Assembly (NCBI GenBank): GCA_010356995.1
Contig: ML996688.1
Coordinates: 248,001 to 312,000 of the forward strand
Source of the DNA: Trichodelitschia bisporula
Lineage: Eukaryota
DNA: 64,000 nt
Reading direction: 5' to 3'
The notes under the pieces were generated by a model. The model was not told where the DNA came from. It saw only the letters and a program-made list of their open reading frames with translations, and did not search any database. Position numbers and translations under genes: made by a program. Shown here piece by piece: positions 38,084 to 51,189 of this stretch (its first letter is position 1; the number at the start of each line of letters is the position of its first letter).

Positions 38084-41000
38084 ATGGCTCCCATCGAGCC
38101 GCAGCGGAGTGAAGTCTCAGAGCCGGTCAAGAGAATACGATGGGCGACGCGACGAGTGGCAGGAAAGTCGGCCGATAAAAAGCGCGAGTCGCTCCTTGGA
38201 CGCCTGAATCCGCGACACAGCTTAAGAGGAGAGAAACACAGATCGAAGCGCAACAGCGGGGATGTGGAGGCTACTGTCGATGGCGTAAAGACAGAGACGC
38301 AGCCGGAGGAGCAAGAGGATGATTCTGGAAGTGGGAGGAGAATATTTTTCAGCGTCCCGCTGCCCGACGATGCAAGAGACGACGAGGGCCGGCCACGGGA
38401 GCAGTTTGCGCGGAACAAGATACGAACGTCCAAATACACGCCCATCAGCTTCATTCCGAAGAACTTGTGGTTCCAATTCCACAATATCGCGAACGTCTAC
38501 TTTCTTTTCATTATCATTCTTGGGGTAAGAGTCCTGCTGGTGCCTCTGGCGTGCTGCTGACACTCTGCAGATCTTCTCCATCTTTGGTGCATCAAATCCT
38601 GGCCTCAATGCCGTACCGCTGATAGTAATTATCTTCGTGACCGCCGTCAAGGACGGAATCGAGGACTGGCGCAGAACTGTTCTGGATAACGAACTTAATA
38701 ATGCGCCGGTCCACCGGCTCGTTGACTTCAACAATGTCAACACCGCCGAGGACCACATCTCGCTGTGGCGAAGGTTCAAGAAGGCGAATACAAGAGTTAT
38801 TTTGTCTGCGTGGAGATGGTGGAAGTCGCGCAAGGGATCCAAGGACGGGAATGGCAAGACATACGCGCAGAGGGCCATGGATGAAACGCGACCGTCGATC
38901 GAGACAAGACGCGCTTCGATGATGTCCCGCACCACGCAGCGCACCTCTTTCCACACTTCGCGGAGCGCGCGGACCAGCCATGATGGCGAAGGTATCCAGT
39001 TGACTCCGGTGCCATCCCCGTTACCCGGCCAGGGCCCTAGTGGAGACGGCATGTTCTCCGAGAATGATAATGGCACGTTGAAGCCCACAGATACCCGAGC
39101 TTCGATGACCGAGCGGAGGCCCTCGCCTCGCACATCGAAGCGCGCCAGCTTCCAGCCCCGCGCGCCGGAGCGCTACCACGGCAGCTTGATCAACCCGTAC
39201 AAGCAAATCAACGATACGGCGCGCTTCAAGAAGGACTATTGGAAAAACGTGCAAGTTGGGGACTACTTGCGTCTCTACGATGGCGAGGAAATCCCCGCGG
39301 ACATGGTCGTCTTGTCAACTTCTGATTCCGATGGAGCCTGCTACGTCGAGACGAAGAATTTGGACGGCGAGACGAATCTCAAGGTCCGACAAGCGCTTCA
39401 TTGCAGCCGCTCTGTCAAGCATGCGCGACATTGTGAAATGTCCGAGTTTGTCATCGAGAGCGAGGCGCCTCATGCCAATCTCTACAGCTACAGCGCTGTC
39501 ATCAAATGGGAGGACCGGAGTAGGAATGACCCAGATGCGGAGCCGGAACCCATGGCTGAGCCTATTACGATCAACAATCTTCTTCTCCGCGGAAGCTCGC
39601 TGAGGAACACGGAATGGGTTCTCGGTGTTGTGGTCTTTACCGGCCAGGAGACGAAGATTATGCTCAATTCCGGCATCACCCCCAGCAAGCGCGCTCGTAT
39701 TTCCAAAGAACTGAACTGGAACGTCATCTACAACTTCATCATCCTGTTCTTCATGTGTCTTGTTGCCGGCATTGTTCAGGGGACCAACTTTGGTAAAGGA
39801 AACAACTCGCTCAATTTCTTCGAATTCGGAGGCTACGGTGGAAACAGCGCCGGACTGAACGGCTTCGTCACCTTCTGGGCCGCCATCATCCTGTTCCAAA
39901 ATTTGGTGCCTATCTCCCTCTACATCACGCTCGAAATCATCCGGACCCTGCAAGCTGTCTTCATCTACAGCGACGTTCACATGTACTACGAGAAGATCGA
40001 CTACCCGTGCACGCCAAAGTCTTGGAATATTTCTGATGATCTGGGCCAGATCGAGTACATCTTCTCGGACAAGACCGGTACCTTGACGCAGAATGTCATG
40101 GAGTTCAAGAAGTGCACTATCAACGGCGTCCCGTACGGTGAAGCGTATACGGAGGCCTTGGCAGGCATGCATCGGCGGCAAGGCATTGATGTGGAAGTGG
40201 AGGGCGCGAAGGCGCGGAAGCAGATCGAGGAGGACAAGGTGGCGATGATCAAGCAACTGCGCCTTCTCCACAACAATCCCTACTTGCGTGACGAGGATAT
40301 GACCTTTGTGGCGCCCGACTTTGTCGTCGACATGGCAGGCGAGTCGGGTGAGGCCCAGAAAGCCGCGAATCAGCAATTCATGCTCGTTTTGGCGCTTTGC
40401 CATACGGTCATCTCCGAACGCACGCCTGGCGACCCGCCCAAGATCGAATTCAAGGCCCAATCTCCTGACGAGGCGGCGCTCGTTTCTACGGCTAGGGACT
40501 GCGGATTCACAGTGCTGGGCCGCAATGACGACAAGATCGTTCTCAACGTCCTGGGTGAGGAGCGGCAATACACCGTGCTCAACACGCTTGAGTTCAATTC
40601 GACCAGGAAGCGCATGAGCGCCATCATCCGGATGCCAGATGGTAAAATTATTCTTTTCTGCAAGGGCGCCGACAGCATCATCTACTCTCGATTAAGGCAG
40701 GGTGAGCAGGCCGAACTACGAAAGACAACCGCCGAACATCTTGAGATGTTTGCCCGGGAAGGCCTGCGGACGCTTTGCATTGCGCAACGGGAGTTGAGCG
40801 AGGATGAGTATCAGACGTGGAGCAAACTGCACGACGAAGCTGCTGCCGCCGTTGCCGGCCGTGAGGATAAGCTTGAGGAAGTAGCCGACTCCATTGAGCG
40901 GGACCTGTTACTCCTGGGCGGTACCGCCATTGAGGACAGACTGCAAGACGGTGTTCCGGACGCCATTCAGTTGTTGGGTAACGCAGGTATCAAGCTCTGG

Positions 41001-42769
41001 GTCTTGACTGGTGACAAGGTCGAAACCGCCATCAACATCGGCTTCTCCTGCAATCTGCTTAACAACGATATGGACCTCATCGTACTCAAGATTGAGGATG
41101 AAAGCGTCGAGTCGATGTCAGCAGAACTCGACAAGCATCTGCAGACGTTTGGGATGACCGGGTCTGATACGGAGCTGAAAGCCGCGCAGTCGAACCACGA
41201 GCCTCCGGATCCCACCCACGCAATCGTCATTGATGGCGATTCACTGAAGCTGGCGCTCGACGAAACGTTGCGGCAAAAGTTCCTCTTGCTTTGCAAGCAG
41301 TGCAAAGCGGTTCTTTGCTGCCGTGTCAGCCCAAGCCAGAAGGCTGCCGTCGTGGCCATGGTCAAGGAGGGCCTCGACTGCCTCACCCTCGCCATCGGAG
41401 ATGGCGCCAACGACGTTGCTATGATCCAGGAGGCTCATGTCGGTGTCGGTATCGCCGGAGAGGAGGGCCGTCAAGCTGTCATGTCGTCAGATTACGCCAT
41501 CGGCCAATTCCGCTTCTTGACGCGCCTAGTCCTTGTGCATGGCCGCTGGTCGTATCGCCGGCTTGCCGAGACCATTGCCAACTTCTTCTACAAGGTACTA
41601 CTACACATTTTGTGACGTCCGAGAGTCCAGCTAACAAGCCTCAGAACTTGGTGTGGACGTTTGCCCTCTTCTTGTACCAGATATACGACAACTTCGACTG
41701 CTCTTACATCTACGATTACACCTATATCATCCTATTCAATCTCGCATTCACCTCGTTACCGGTCATCCTCATGGGTGTCCTCGATCAGGATGTCGATGAT
41801 ATGGTGTCTCTCGCAGTCCCTCAGCTTTACCGGCGCGGCATCGAACGGAAGGAGTGGACACAACCCAAGTTCTGGGCGTACATGATTGACGGCACCTATC
41901 AGTCGGCCATCGTATTCTACATGGCGTATTTGCTGTTTGCGCCTGCAAACTTTGTCACCAGCAACGGGCTGAACATTGACGATACGAAGCGGATTGGTGT
42001 CTTTGTCGCCAGCACCGCCGTCGTGGTTGTCAACTTCTACATCCTGTTCAACACTTACCGCTGGGATTGGTTGATGCTCCTCATCGTCGCCATCAGTATC
42101 CTTCTCGTCTGGTTTTGGACTGGTATTTACACCGCCTTCGATGCGGGCTTCACTTTCTACAAAGCCGCTCCCCAGGTCTACGGATCGCTCTCCTTCTGGG
42201 CGCTCCTCTTCCTAACCGTCATCATGTGTCTTCTCCCCCGCTTTGCTGTCAAAGCTGCTCAAAAGATATTCTTCCCCCGCGACGTCGACATCATTCGCGA
42301 ACAGATCCGGCAAGGCCGCTTCAATTATCTGCAGAACAACGATTCGCTGATGCCACCCCCGCCAGAGAAAATTGATTCCATCGCATCCTCGCACTCCTCC
42401 CACTCGCAGTCCAAGAAGCGCCGAACCGAGCAGCACGCCTCGGAGGACTTGCGCCCTATCTACCCGCCCTCTATCGCCGCGACGGCCACCACACACACCC
42501 GCGGTGCCAATGGCAGCGACGGCACCGATTATACGGGCCACCACTCGTCATTGGACCGTACAGTGCGGCCGTCCTTCGACCGCGCAAGAGCCTCGCACGA
42601 CCGCACCCGCATGTCCATGGACCGCGTGCGGCCGAGCTTCGAGCAGAGCAACGACTTCACGTCCGCCGCCATGCTCGCCCGGCTAGAGTCAAGCCAATCA
42701 ATAGGCACCCGGTGGCGGAGACGAGGGCATACGAAAAGCGGAAGCCAAGACAAGGTGCCCAAGCAATAA
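38084..42769 (+). CDS. P4-type ATPase phospholipid flippase, Dnf1/Dnf2 type (3 exons)
   Basis: RNKIRTSKYTP, FQFHNIAN, VETKNLDGETNLK, FQNLVPISLYI, IFSDKTGTLT, WVLTGDK, AIGDGANDVAMIQ; introns ~38525-38570 and ~41596-41645. Confidence 0.96.
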
Positions 42770-43808
42770 CTCTAATGCTACCTAATGCTTTCTTCTCCTT
42801 CCGCGGCTGCTCGGCGACAGTCGTATGGTTCTGCTTTCAGCAAGTTTTTTTCATCTCATCTTGGCGGCCGATTAGACGGCTAGGGAAGGCGTTGGCGGGG
42901 AATGGGTTCACTGGCAGGACAGCGGAACTGTCTTGCATTTTCCTTGTTATTTACCACGGTGCGAGTTCTTTTTTTCGCGCTCCGCTCTCCGTCTTCGATG
43001 AAGGAATGGGGGTTGTGGAGCTGTGGGTTGGATGGTGGATGGCCTGGTGGGCGGTTGGGGGCGTGATCAACGGGGTCGGAATCGGGACAGTTCGATTCCT
43101 TCCCCCGTATTTGGCGCGCGTGCGGTTTGTCTTTATCTCTGTCTTTGGTTTTCCCCAAAGCCGGCCGTTCGCTTCGGACTTTCGTTGTTGAATCTGGACG
43201 CATTTGGGCGCCGGAACCCACTGTCCTCGCTTCGCGGTGGGAGAAGTTAGCTACGGCTGTGGTTAAGCATTGGGTGGACCGGGAGCATATTGCGACGTTG
43301 AACGGCTACCGTGTAAATATATGACTTCTTCTTTTCCAATTGTGGAAGCTTGCTTGCTTAGTTCCGACTTGTGAAGTCTGCCGATACCAAGCATCGGATA
43401 TTTGCCATTGCATCGCCCATACCAAGGCTCATGCTGTTGAGACTTTCTAGATGCACTGGAATTCTTGGAACCGTGGTGCTACGTACACCGTCGAAAGTTG
43501 GACAACCAAGAGGCTGATATTTTGATATTCATTGGACCTCAGGCCTGTCGATGCCAGCCAACCGGCGAAATGCTAACCTCCGAGTGGATGAAACCAAGGA
43601 GATAGCGGTAGCACAGCCACAGTGGCGCCATGTTCCAGGCTCATTTTATTATCCTTGGTCGCGGGCCACTACTCGCCACACCTACGTCGTTCGTGGCTCG
43701 GACCACCCGCGAGCGTGGCCATCGGCGAACGGTGCTTCTGCCTTTTAAGTTCACCACCACTCTCACGCTCTTTCACAGCATGCTAGACCCTTTGTCTCTT
43801 CATTTACA

Positions 43809-46589
43809 ATGCCTTTCAAATGGAGTACGCGTCGCCAGCCGAGCTCCGAGTCGCAATTGAAAACGAACGTCAAAGCGAAGCAGCCTAACCGCCTGATTTC
43901 GCTGCTAAGACGACAGAAGGAGAAATGGGGGAAGAGGAAGAGGGCCACTCACGGGAGTGCTGCTGCGGCTCCACTTCCCCACGACCCTGGAGACACGGTG
44001 GAGGCTAGGGATGACCGGCCTGTTCCGGTCCCAGCGGTCGAAGAGGCGGCAAGCGCGCCGGAGGGGAAACCCGACGAAAGTCCAGCACCACCCGAGGACG
44101 AGCCTGAGACGGTACAGCGCGTCGACGAGGCGTCGGTCCAAAAGCTCTTTTCCGGAGCACCGCAGTTTACGATCGGAAACTACAATGGCGCGCCCCGGCC
44201 TGCGATGTCGTTCCCCTGGGACCGCTCGCTGCACGTGCGCGACGTCAGCGACTGTCGACCGCTTGAGCATCCGGCGTTCGCGGCTGCGACGCTGCGAAGG
44301 CATAATATCGAGCCTGAGACAAGGGGGGAGGGGGACGCGGCGTTCGTGGGGTATGAGATTGGGGTGCAGGAGGTGCCGAGTATGTTGAGTGCGAGGGGGA
44401 ATGAGCCTGGCACTGTGGGGTGGGAATATTTTTTGGAGGATCCGGTTGGGGATGCGGTTGGGCATGGGAGGGAGGAGAATGAGGAGGAGGGGTTTGGGGA
44501 TTTGCGAAGTTGGGAGTTGTTGCAGGTTTCGCCGGAGAAGATTGGGATACGCCCGTTTGAGCTTGAGGCTGTGGCGGAGAGGTTGGCGGAGATGAGTGAT
44601 GCGTATCAGGCGCTGCGGGAAGCATCAGTCAAGATTGATATGCTGAAGAGTCAGACGCCGGTTGAGCTTTATACGGTGCTTTTCGGCAAGCTTCTTACGC
44701 CTCCGAAGTTCGACTCTTCTACCGAGGACCCGACGGGGTTGAAGGTGCAAATCGAGGCCCTCACTAAGACTCTTAAGATCAAAGGCGTGTGGTTCGATTT
44801 CAGCCAAGTGGAATGGCGAATCCGCGCTGGGCAGCTGCTCTGGTCCGAGGAGTCTCAAGACGGTCTGAGCCCCGACGAGGAGCAAGATGATAGGGGCCTT
44901 CCCGAACGAAGCATCTTCCTGCTCCAGCTCCTACTCGCTTGCGAACTGCTCTTCCGTCTCGACGCCATAGCCTCGCTTAGCGCTCAGGAAGTCACACAGC
45001 GCCTACATCTCACATCAGAAGAGATAGCTAACTTCCGCGACTTGGAGACGCGCAAGACGCGCTGGGACCTGGTTCTCGCACGCCGGTTCTTGGACAGTGT
45101 GCAAGCGAAAACGATTACCCGCTCCACGGTCGTCCAGCACTCCCTTCCCCAGCGCGGCTTCTTCATGCTGGGCTCTCAACCAGAGCCTACAACCACCACA
45201 CGCGAGACCACCGACGTCGTCTTCCTCCCCCGCAAAGCAGCACAGCAAATCTCCGGCCTACTACACTTCGCCCGCACCCTCGACTGGCCCGAAATCGACG
45301 TCTTTGAAACGCATCTCAGCTCCTCCCTCTCCGCCCAGGCTGAAGAAGACGCCCTTCTGATCCCCAGTCCAAGCACCTACGCCACTCCACTCTCCACACC
45401 CCGCAGCAGCGGCGCTACTCCGCGGAACAGCGGCTACTTTGAGCGCCCTACCTCCTTCCGGAACAATACGCAACGTTCCTTCCAACTCAACCCCCCAGTC
45501 CCGATATCGAGCCGTAACTCCGATGAGTCCGTCAAGACCCCGCCTACCGCTTTGATCGGCGGTTGGCTCACGCGCTCGCTTATCTCCGGCCTTATCCTCC
45601 CCGGCGAACCGCTGAGCCACTTCCTCATCTCCGCGTTACTGGAAAATGACCCCGCGGCGCTGGCTACACTGGGTGATTCAGCGACTCTGTACGGCGGCTT
45701 CGCCTACAGAGCACGCAGCTACTGGTCCAAAGCCTGCATCGTCGCGCGCGTGCTTGCCCCACTGCGTGGTGCTGCCGAATCGATGGGCTGGGTCAGTGTC
45801 CCCCTTGTGCCGCGCGGGTTGCTGGGTGGTGCTGGGTGGATCGAAATCGCGACGCGCCCGCCGCCTACTCATACCGAAGCCCCCGAACCGCTTATCAAGC
45901 GCAAAGATGACTTGGTGAGGGACATGGACTTTTTGGCTGGTGACAGGGCGGGCAATGTCCCGGCGGAAGATCTTGTGCTGCCGATGGATCCGGAGAGGTT
46001 GCCTTCTAGGGGTATTTGGTTCGAGGGCTTGAAGATTGAACCGGATGTGCCCACCGTGGTCGTGCATAGCGCGGATGAGAGCGAGGGGGCGGGGGTGGGT
46101 GTGGGGGAGGACGATTTGATGCCCGAGCGGGCGACGGTGTATGCAGCTGAGTGCCGCTTCTCATCCGCTAGCATGAGCCGCGAGTTGGGGCATCCGGGTG
46201 TGCCGCTTGCACATCTGGTGCAGTTTGTGAGCGCTATGCCGTGTACGCCGCCTGGGCTGGAGACTTTGGGTGTGCTGCGTAGGGGGGATGAGGGGGAGGG
46301 GGTGGGGGTTGAGAAGGTTAGTCGGGTCCCCGGACATCCGCTTCATGTTAAGAGGGGGTTTGAGGTTGTTACTGCGGTGGAGTTGCTGGGGAAGGGGTTT
46401 GAGGCCCCGGGGGGGAAGGTGTTGGTTGTTGATGCGCGGGGGGATAGGGTGCTTGAGGTGTTGGCGCGGGCGTGGTGTAGTTGGAGGAGGAAGGATGCGC
46501 TTGTAGGGAGGGTGGGGACGACGTGTTTAGGTTGTTGTGTTAGGGAGGTTGGAGGGTTGGGGTTGGGTGTTGTTATACGGGTGGGATGA
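43809..46589 (+). CDS. Uncharacterised 926-aa protein, intronless
   Basis: Long uninterrupted ORF with protein-like segments (VWFDFSQVEWRIRAGQLLW, GGWLTRSLISGLILPGEPLSHFLISALLEND, EVLARAWC...TCLGCCVRE). Confidence 0.85.
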   Translation: MPFKWSTRRQPSSESQLKTNVKAKQPNRLISLLRRQKEKWGKRKRATHGSAAAAPLPHDPGDTVEARDDRPVPVPAVEEAASAPEGKPDESPAPPEDEPETVQRVDEASVQKLFSGAPQFTIGNYNGAPRPAMSFPWDRSLHVRDVSDCRPLEHPAFAAATLRRHNIEPETRGEGDAAFVGYEIGVQEVPSMLSARGNEPGTVGWEYFLEDPVGDAVGHGREENEEEGFGDLRSWELLQVSPEKIGIRPFELEAVAERLAEMSDAYQALREASVKIDMLKSQTPVELYTVLFGKLLTPPKFDSSTEDPTGLKVQIEALTKTLKIKGVWFDFSQVEWRIRAGQLLWSEESQDGLSPDEEQDDRGLPERSIFLLQLLLACELLFRLDAIASLSAQEVTQRLHLTSEEIANFRDLETRKTRWDLVLARRFLDSVQAKTITRSTVVQHSLPQRGFFMLGSQPEPTTTTRETTDVVFLPRKAAQQISGLLHFARTLDWPEIDVFETHLSSSLSAQAEEDALLIPSPSTYATPLSTPRSSGATPRNSGYFERPTSFRNNTQRSFQLNPPVPISSRNSDESVKTPPTALIGGWLTRSLISGLILPGEPLSHFLISALLENDPAALATLGDSATLYGGFAYRARSYWSKACIVARVLAPLRGAAESMGWVSVPLVPRGLLGGAGWIEIATRPPPTHTEAPEPLIKRKDDLVRDMDFLAGDRAGNVPAEDLVLPMDPERLPSRGIWFEGLKIEPDVPTVVVHSADESEGAGVGVGEDDLMPERATVYAAECRFSSASMSRELGHPGVPLAHLVQFVSAMPCTPPGLETLGVLRRGDEGEGVGVEKVSRVPGHPLHVKRGFEVVTAVELLGKGFEAPGGKVLVVDARGDRVLEVLARAWCSWRRKDALVGRVGTTCLGCCVREVGGLGLGVVIRVG

Positions 46590-47199
46590 GGGTGAGGATG
46601 GGAATGTGCGTATACATGCGTTGATTTCGGAGGATACCCGGCTTGGTCGCGAAGGGAGTTTGGGCTTTGGGCTTCGGTTCATATGATATTATGAGGAGAT
46701 TGTTCGTGGGTTATACTAGGTTGTAATGAATGGGACTGTTCATACTTGTACATGGAGCTCTGGTGAAGCTCGGTGAACTGATGTCAGTTGTTCGCTTCGA
46801 TCATGAGTGGATGGGTCTGATCGTAAGTCCTGACACCCCCCCCCCCCCCCCCTTTTTAACTGATTGCCCGGATTGCTCTAATGGCCATCATTTTAGCAAG
46901 CGAGATCCCACCGAACAACGAGTTTACGCGTTGACTCATCGCACAACTGTATTTGAAGCGATGACTCCCAATCCTTCTCTTGACAACCTCACTCTACCCT
47001 CGTCTTCAACCACAATCGTCAACCACCCTCACTCACCGACCAACAACCATCATCCCCAATCACCACTCAATAGTGCATACCAAACGAACAAGTACTGGCT
47101 TCCCCACCATCTTCATTGCACTATATATGCGTGTCGAACGCTCCACCTCCGTCACCACCACCCCGCAGCCCTCAATCCATGCTGTCGGGTTTGTGCTCC

Positions 47200-49560
47200 C
47201 TCCCTTTCACAGCCCTGGATGGGGAGGACTGGAATGTATATACTCATTCCTGCGTATGCAACTGGCTATGATCGCTGCAGCCGTGGCGGCCGTCAAGTCC
47301 GCTCACTCGCCGCCCCCCTTCCGCGGCGGAATGCCACACTGCCATCTTTCAACACCTATATACCCCCCCACCTCACCACTGTCAGGCAACGCCAGAGGAT
47401 ACGGGGGACTTCGACCCGGGCCCGCCTCATGCTTCAGGCGGTCAACCTGATTCCACCCGCCTTCGCCTCGTGCTCCAGTCGGTCAACATGATGCAGGCCC
47501 TGGATCTGAGCACCGATCAGGCGCTCAATCTCATCACCTTCGAAATGTCCCGTTATCTCGGATTGCACCGCGGCGCAGCCTTGAACCTTCCAAGACCAGA
47601 AAACAGTCAACCAGGCGAGGCCGCTCTCTCGGAGGATATATTGGGGGTGGGAATGGAAGTGCGGCTCGGGTGCATCGTGGAGAAAAGGATGAGGGCTGGA
47701 GGGGGTGGTGAGTACCCGCGCTAGGTTGGGGTGAGGGACTTGTTAACGCCGGGTAGAAGTATCCGCAGATGAAGCTTGCCGGTGCTGCGCTGATGCGGGA
47801 TCCGTTTACGGAAAACGCACATCTGGAAGTTGAGAATGATGAACCCACGCATATGTGGCTTTGAGGCACCGGCTGGGAGGGGTGAGCCCACCGCTATATA
47901 ACCGCCGAGGACGGCGCGCAAGAGGAAATGCTGGTCGCGAAGGACCGCGCTCAGGTGGCTGAGAAGCAGATCGGTGGTGCTCACGATGCCATCACCGACA
48001 TCAAGAACCGCGCTCAGCAGGTCCAGCTGCAGGCCTTTGCCGCCATCCACGACGCCCAGGTCGCCGCGCTATATATCCTCACTCTCGGACCGCGCCCTGG
48101 TACTCTGAAAAATATTCGCCAGCGAATCCTCGTCTCCAGCAGCCTCACGAAGCTTTCTTATCTCTTCAAGCGCTAGTCTTCATTCCGAATCCTCACCCTC
48201 CGGACCTGGAAGCGAACCTAGGCTATCATGACATTGAGGTCGAGCTCGCCGCTCATGCAGCCGCTTACCCCGCCGCCGTCCGTACTGACGACGCGATTCT
48301 CCCCGACCTGGCATTTCTGCGCAACATATGTCTGCACTTGGAGCCTCTCCCTTCTACAAAACGGACGGGGGGTTGGGATGTATATACTCATTCCTGCGGC
48401 TGCAACGGTCACCGATGATTACAGTCGGTGGGCGATGGGGCCACCAAGCCGGATACTACAACGCGGGTTTACAGTGCCGTGGGCGGTCCTTTCTTCAGGG
48501 CCATCGAAGAGCGCTGCCCAGGTATCCACGTCAGCAACTCGGGCGCTCACCAGGCTATGAAAGGGGACAGATACGGCGCCGCCGGGTGACGATGATGACG
48601 ACGGACGAAAGCGGCGCACTATATATCCCCCCATGAGCCAGCTGTTGACTGCCGTTTGTCTCCCGCTCCTGGGGAGTTGGGCGTGGCGGTCTCGGATGAT
48701 GCGTCAGCGTCAAAGGCCATTGCTCAGGACGCGGTGATCGCAGCGACCAAGAATGTGCTGATGAAGGACATCCTTTACGGACCAATGCCGACTACAGTTT
48801 GAACTGCTGAGGCACCTACGACCCCCACCACTCCGGCATCCTCCATCGTTAGACTCGGGACAAATCGCTACTCAGCCCTGGCTGCCATGTTTCGCGCCCT
48901 CGTACCGTGCCCTGGCACGCTGGATTTGGAAGCGAACTCGGGCTATCATGGGATCGAGGCCGAGCGCGCCGCTCACGCAGCCCGTCCTGCAGATTGTAGC
49001 GGGCGTTATACGGTCAAAGGACTACACGATCGAATTCTATATAACTGGTCCCCCCCGCCGCCTTCAACACAACCTTCTAGTGACAACCTGAATAAAAGGC
49101 ACAGTATCGGGATCACGGACGCCACCGCCGAAGCTCAACATTTCGCCAGCGAATCCTCAGTTCTCGCTCGGCCCCGGATCCGGAGGCGAACATTGGCTAT
49201 CGTGACATCGAGGCCGAGCGCGCTGCTCACGCAGTCGGTTCTCCCACCACGACCTCATTCCTGATGGTGGGTGGCCCACCTAGGTCATGACAGAGAGCCG
49301 CATGTCCTGGGCGGACATGGTTAAAGAAGACCTCGAGGTCCAAGTTCGCAAATATTGCCGCAAATCATCGTCACCACCACTGCAGCATTTTATTTTGCTG
49401 GAGTCAGTCCTTACTCCGTGGTCCGGCCATTGCCGCTTCCTGCACTTGTTGATGTGGAACTTCGAAACTCGATGTATTCGAAACATCGCGGTCCATGGCC
49501 TCCCCCCTGAAGATCGATCACTTCGCCAGCGAATCCTCACTCTCGTTCAGCCTTGCGATT
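47200..49560 (+). pseudogene. Mosaic of decayed, internally duplicated coding fragments
   Basis: TTCGCCAGCGAATCCTC at 48115, 49142 and 49522; GY[H/R]xIExExAAHA-coding block at 48221, 48941 and 49195; ATGTATATACTCATTCCTGCG at 47234 and 48378; reading frames broken by stops. Confidence 0.55.
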
Positions 49561-51189
49561 GCTTTCCCACAGGAGGGCTGCCATGTGCACGATCTTCGGC
49601 ATCCTTGATGAGGTCTGTACACCTGCGATGTTAGCGTGATAGTGGGGTTTCTGCGGGCATTTGGCTCTAGTTCATGGGTTCGTTTTAGCTGGGGTTTATG
49701 GTGTTGGGATCAAATAATGAGGGCAGTCACCGGAGCGATTTGGGGGGATTTCTTTCACTGGGCCCATCCGTATGGGCCTTTCTCTGAGCTCCCTCCTAAT
49801 ATATTCGGATTTCAAGGACGCTGACCGTTACACACCGCATTTTGCGGCTGGGGACCTATTTCACTGTCTTTCGCCCCTTCTGGCTCCTTCCAAAACTCCC
49901 CAGGTGAGCGCCTCACACTGTCCACCGAGAGGCAATGGCGCCAGTGGGTCTTTGAAACACTTTGACTCCGCTCCTGTTTACCGTTTGGAAGCTCGGGGGG
50001 CGGAAAACGTGCTGTTTGCATGGGGATTCACGAGCTGTTTGCGATTCGCGGGGTTTGTTGCGGAAAACGGTCGATGACTTCTGCCACTCGAGAAGTTTAT
50101 AAACCCCCACTCCGCAGATGCTCTCGCCAGATAACTCCGGGTCCATTCTTCCTCCAGTGCTCCATCTTGGGGTTCGGTGGCTCTATATACGCCTATATCG
50201 ACAGTAGTGACGAGGGGTTCAAGGCTGCACAGGGCTGGGTGCATCCGCGCGGGTGCGCCGTATCCAGTGTCTCTGGTGGTGGTGCGACTGGTTCGGGTGC
50301 CGGAGATGACGGCCTCTCACCCAGAGGCATATCGGCATCAACCACCTGCGGACCCGTCACGCAGGTGATCCGAATGCCACCTTGATTAGGGGACCATCGC
50401 TTCCGCGCCTTTGATCACTTAAATACACGTCCAATACCAATCATGTCCAAGTCCAAGTCAAGTCCGAAAGGGAATACCCATCCGGCATGGGCCCCTTCGC
50501 ACATATCTTTCGCACCACGAGGAAGTTTGCGAGAAGACCGAGGGCAACAATCCGCTTGGGGGACGGTGGCACCTTGATCCCCAGGATATTCTGTTTCTAT
50601 ACTTTCAACCCTTCTCCTCATTCTCCCTTCATTCTTCCCTGATCCCGTTTGTATCTCCAATCATCTTCATCACTCTCCATTTCTATTCATTTCCCACACA
50701 CCGAGTCCTGCTTTGGAACCATGGCGGAAGAGAGCGATTTGTAGCCCTTTTGGGCGCAATCACCCTTGATCCGTCAGAATTTCCTTCTAAACATATTGAT
50801 GTGACTGAACCTTTCATATCTCGACTCAATTACTCTTACTGCTTCTCAAAGCTCCGTTGACATCATATATGATGGCCTTACCAAAGCTGACCATTCTCCC
50901 GCCGCCATATCATACGCATCCTTTCTCCACCACTGCAGCTGGCAAGAGTGAGAAGAAGAAACAGCTTGAGGGACGCTTGACACCTGGTTTGAGGCGGCTG
51001 GCATACCTATTCCCACTGCTTACGGCCGCGGTCTAGGCCAGATCAATCTTGTATAAGTCCAAAATCCGGATCGTCAATAGATCGGCACTGATTGGTTTAA
51101 AACGCGCAAGGCTAAACCTTTTGAACTTCCCAAGAAGGGGAATCGGTCTTCGTACCTGGCATAGCTTCAAGCTGCCTGCAGCTCTTACT

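Noticed and set aside
39315..40568. Long antisense ORFs (e.g. 417 aa opposite the flippase, 323 aa opposite mclA, 344 aa opposite the 5-phosphatase)
   Set aside because: Expected shadows of GC-rich codon bias in the real genes.
47840..47890. WL*GTGW resembling the W-L-x-R-T-G-W motif of telomere-linked helicase/OrsD-type proteins
   Set aside because: A single short interrupted motif with no helicase motifs nearby.
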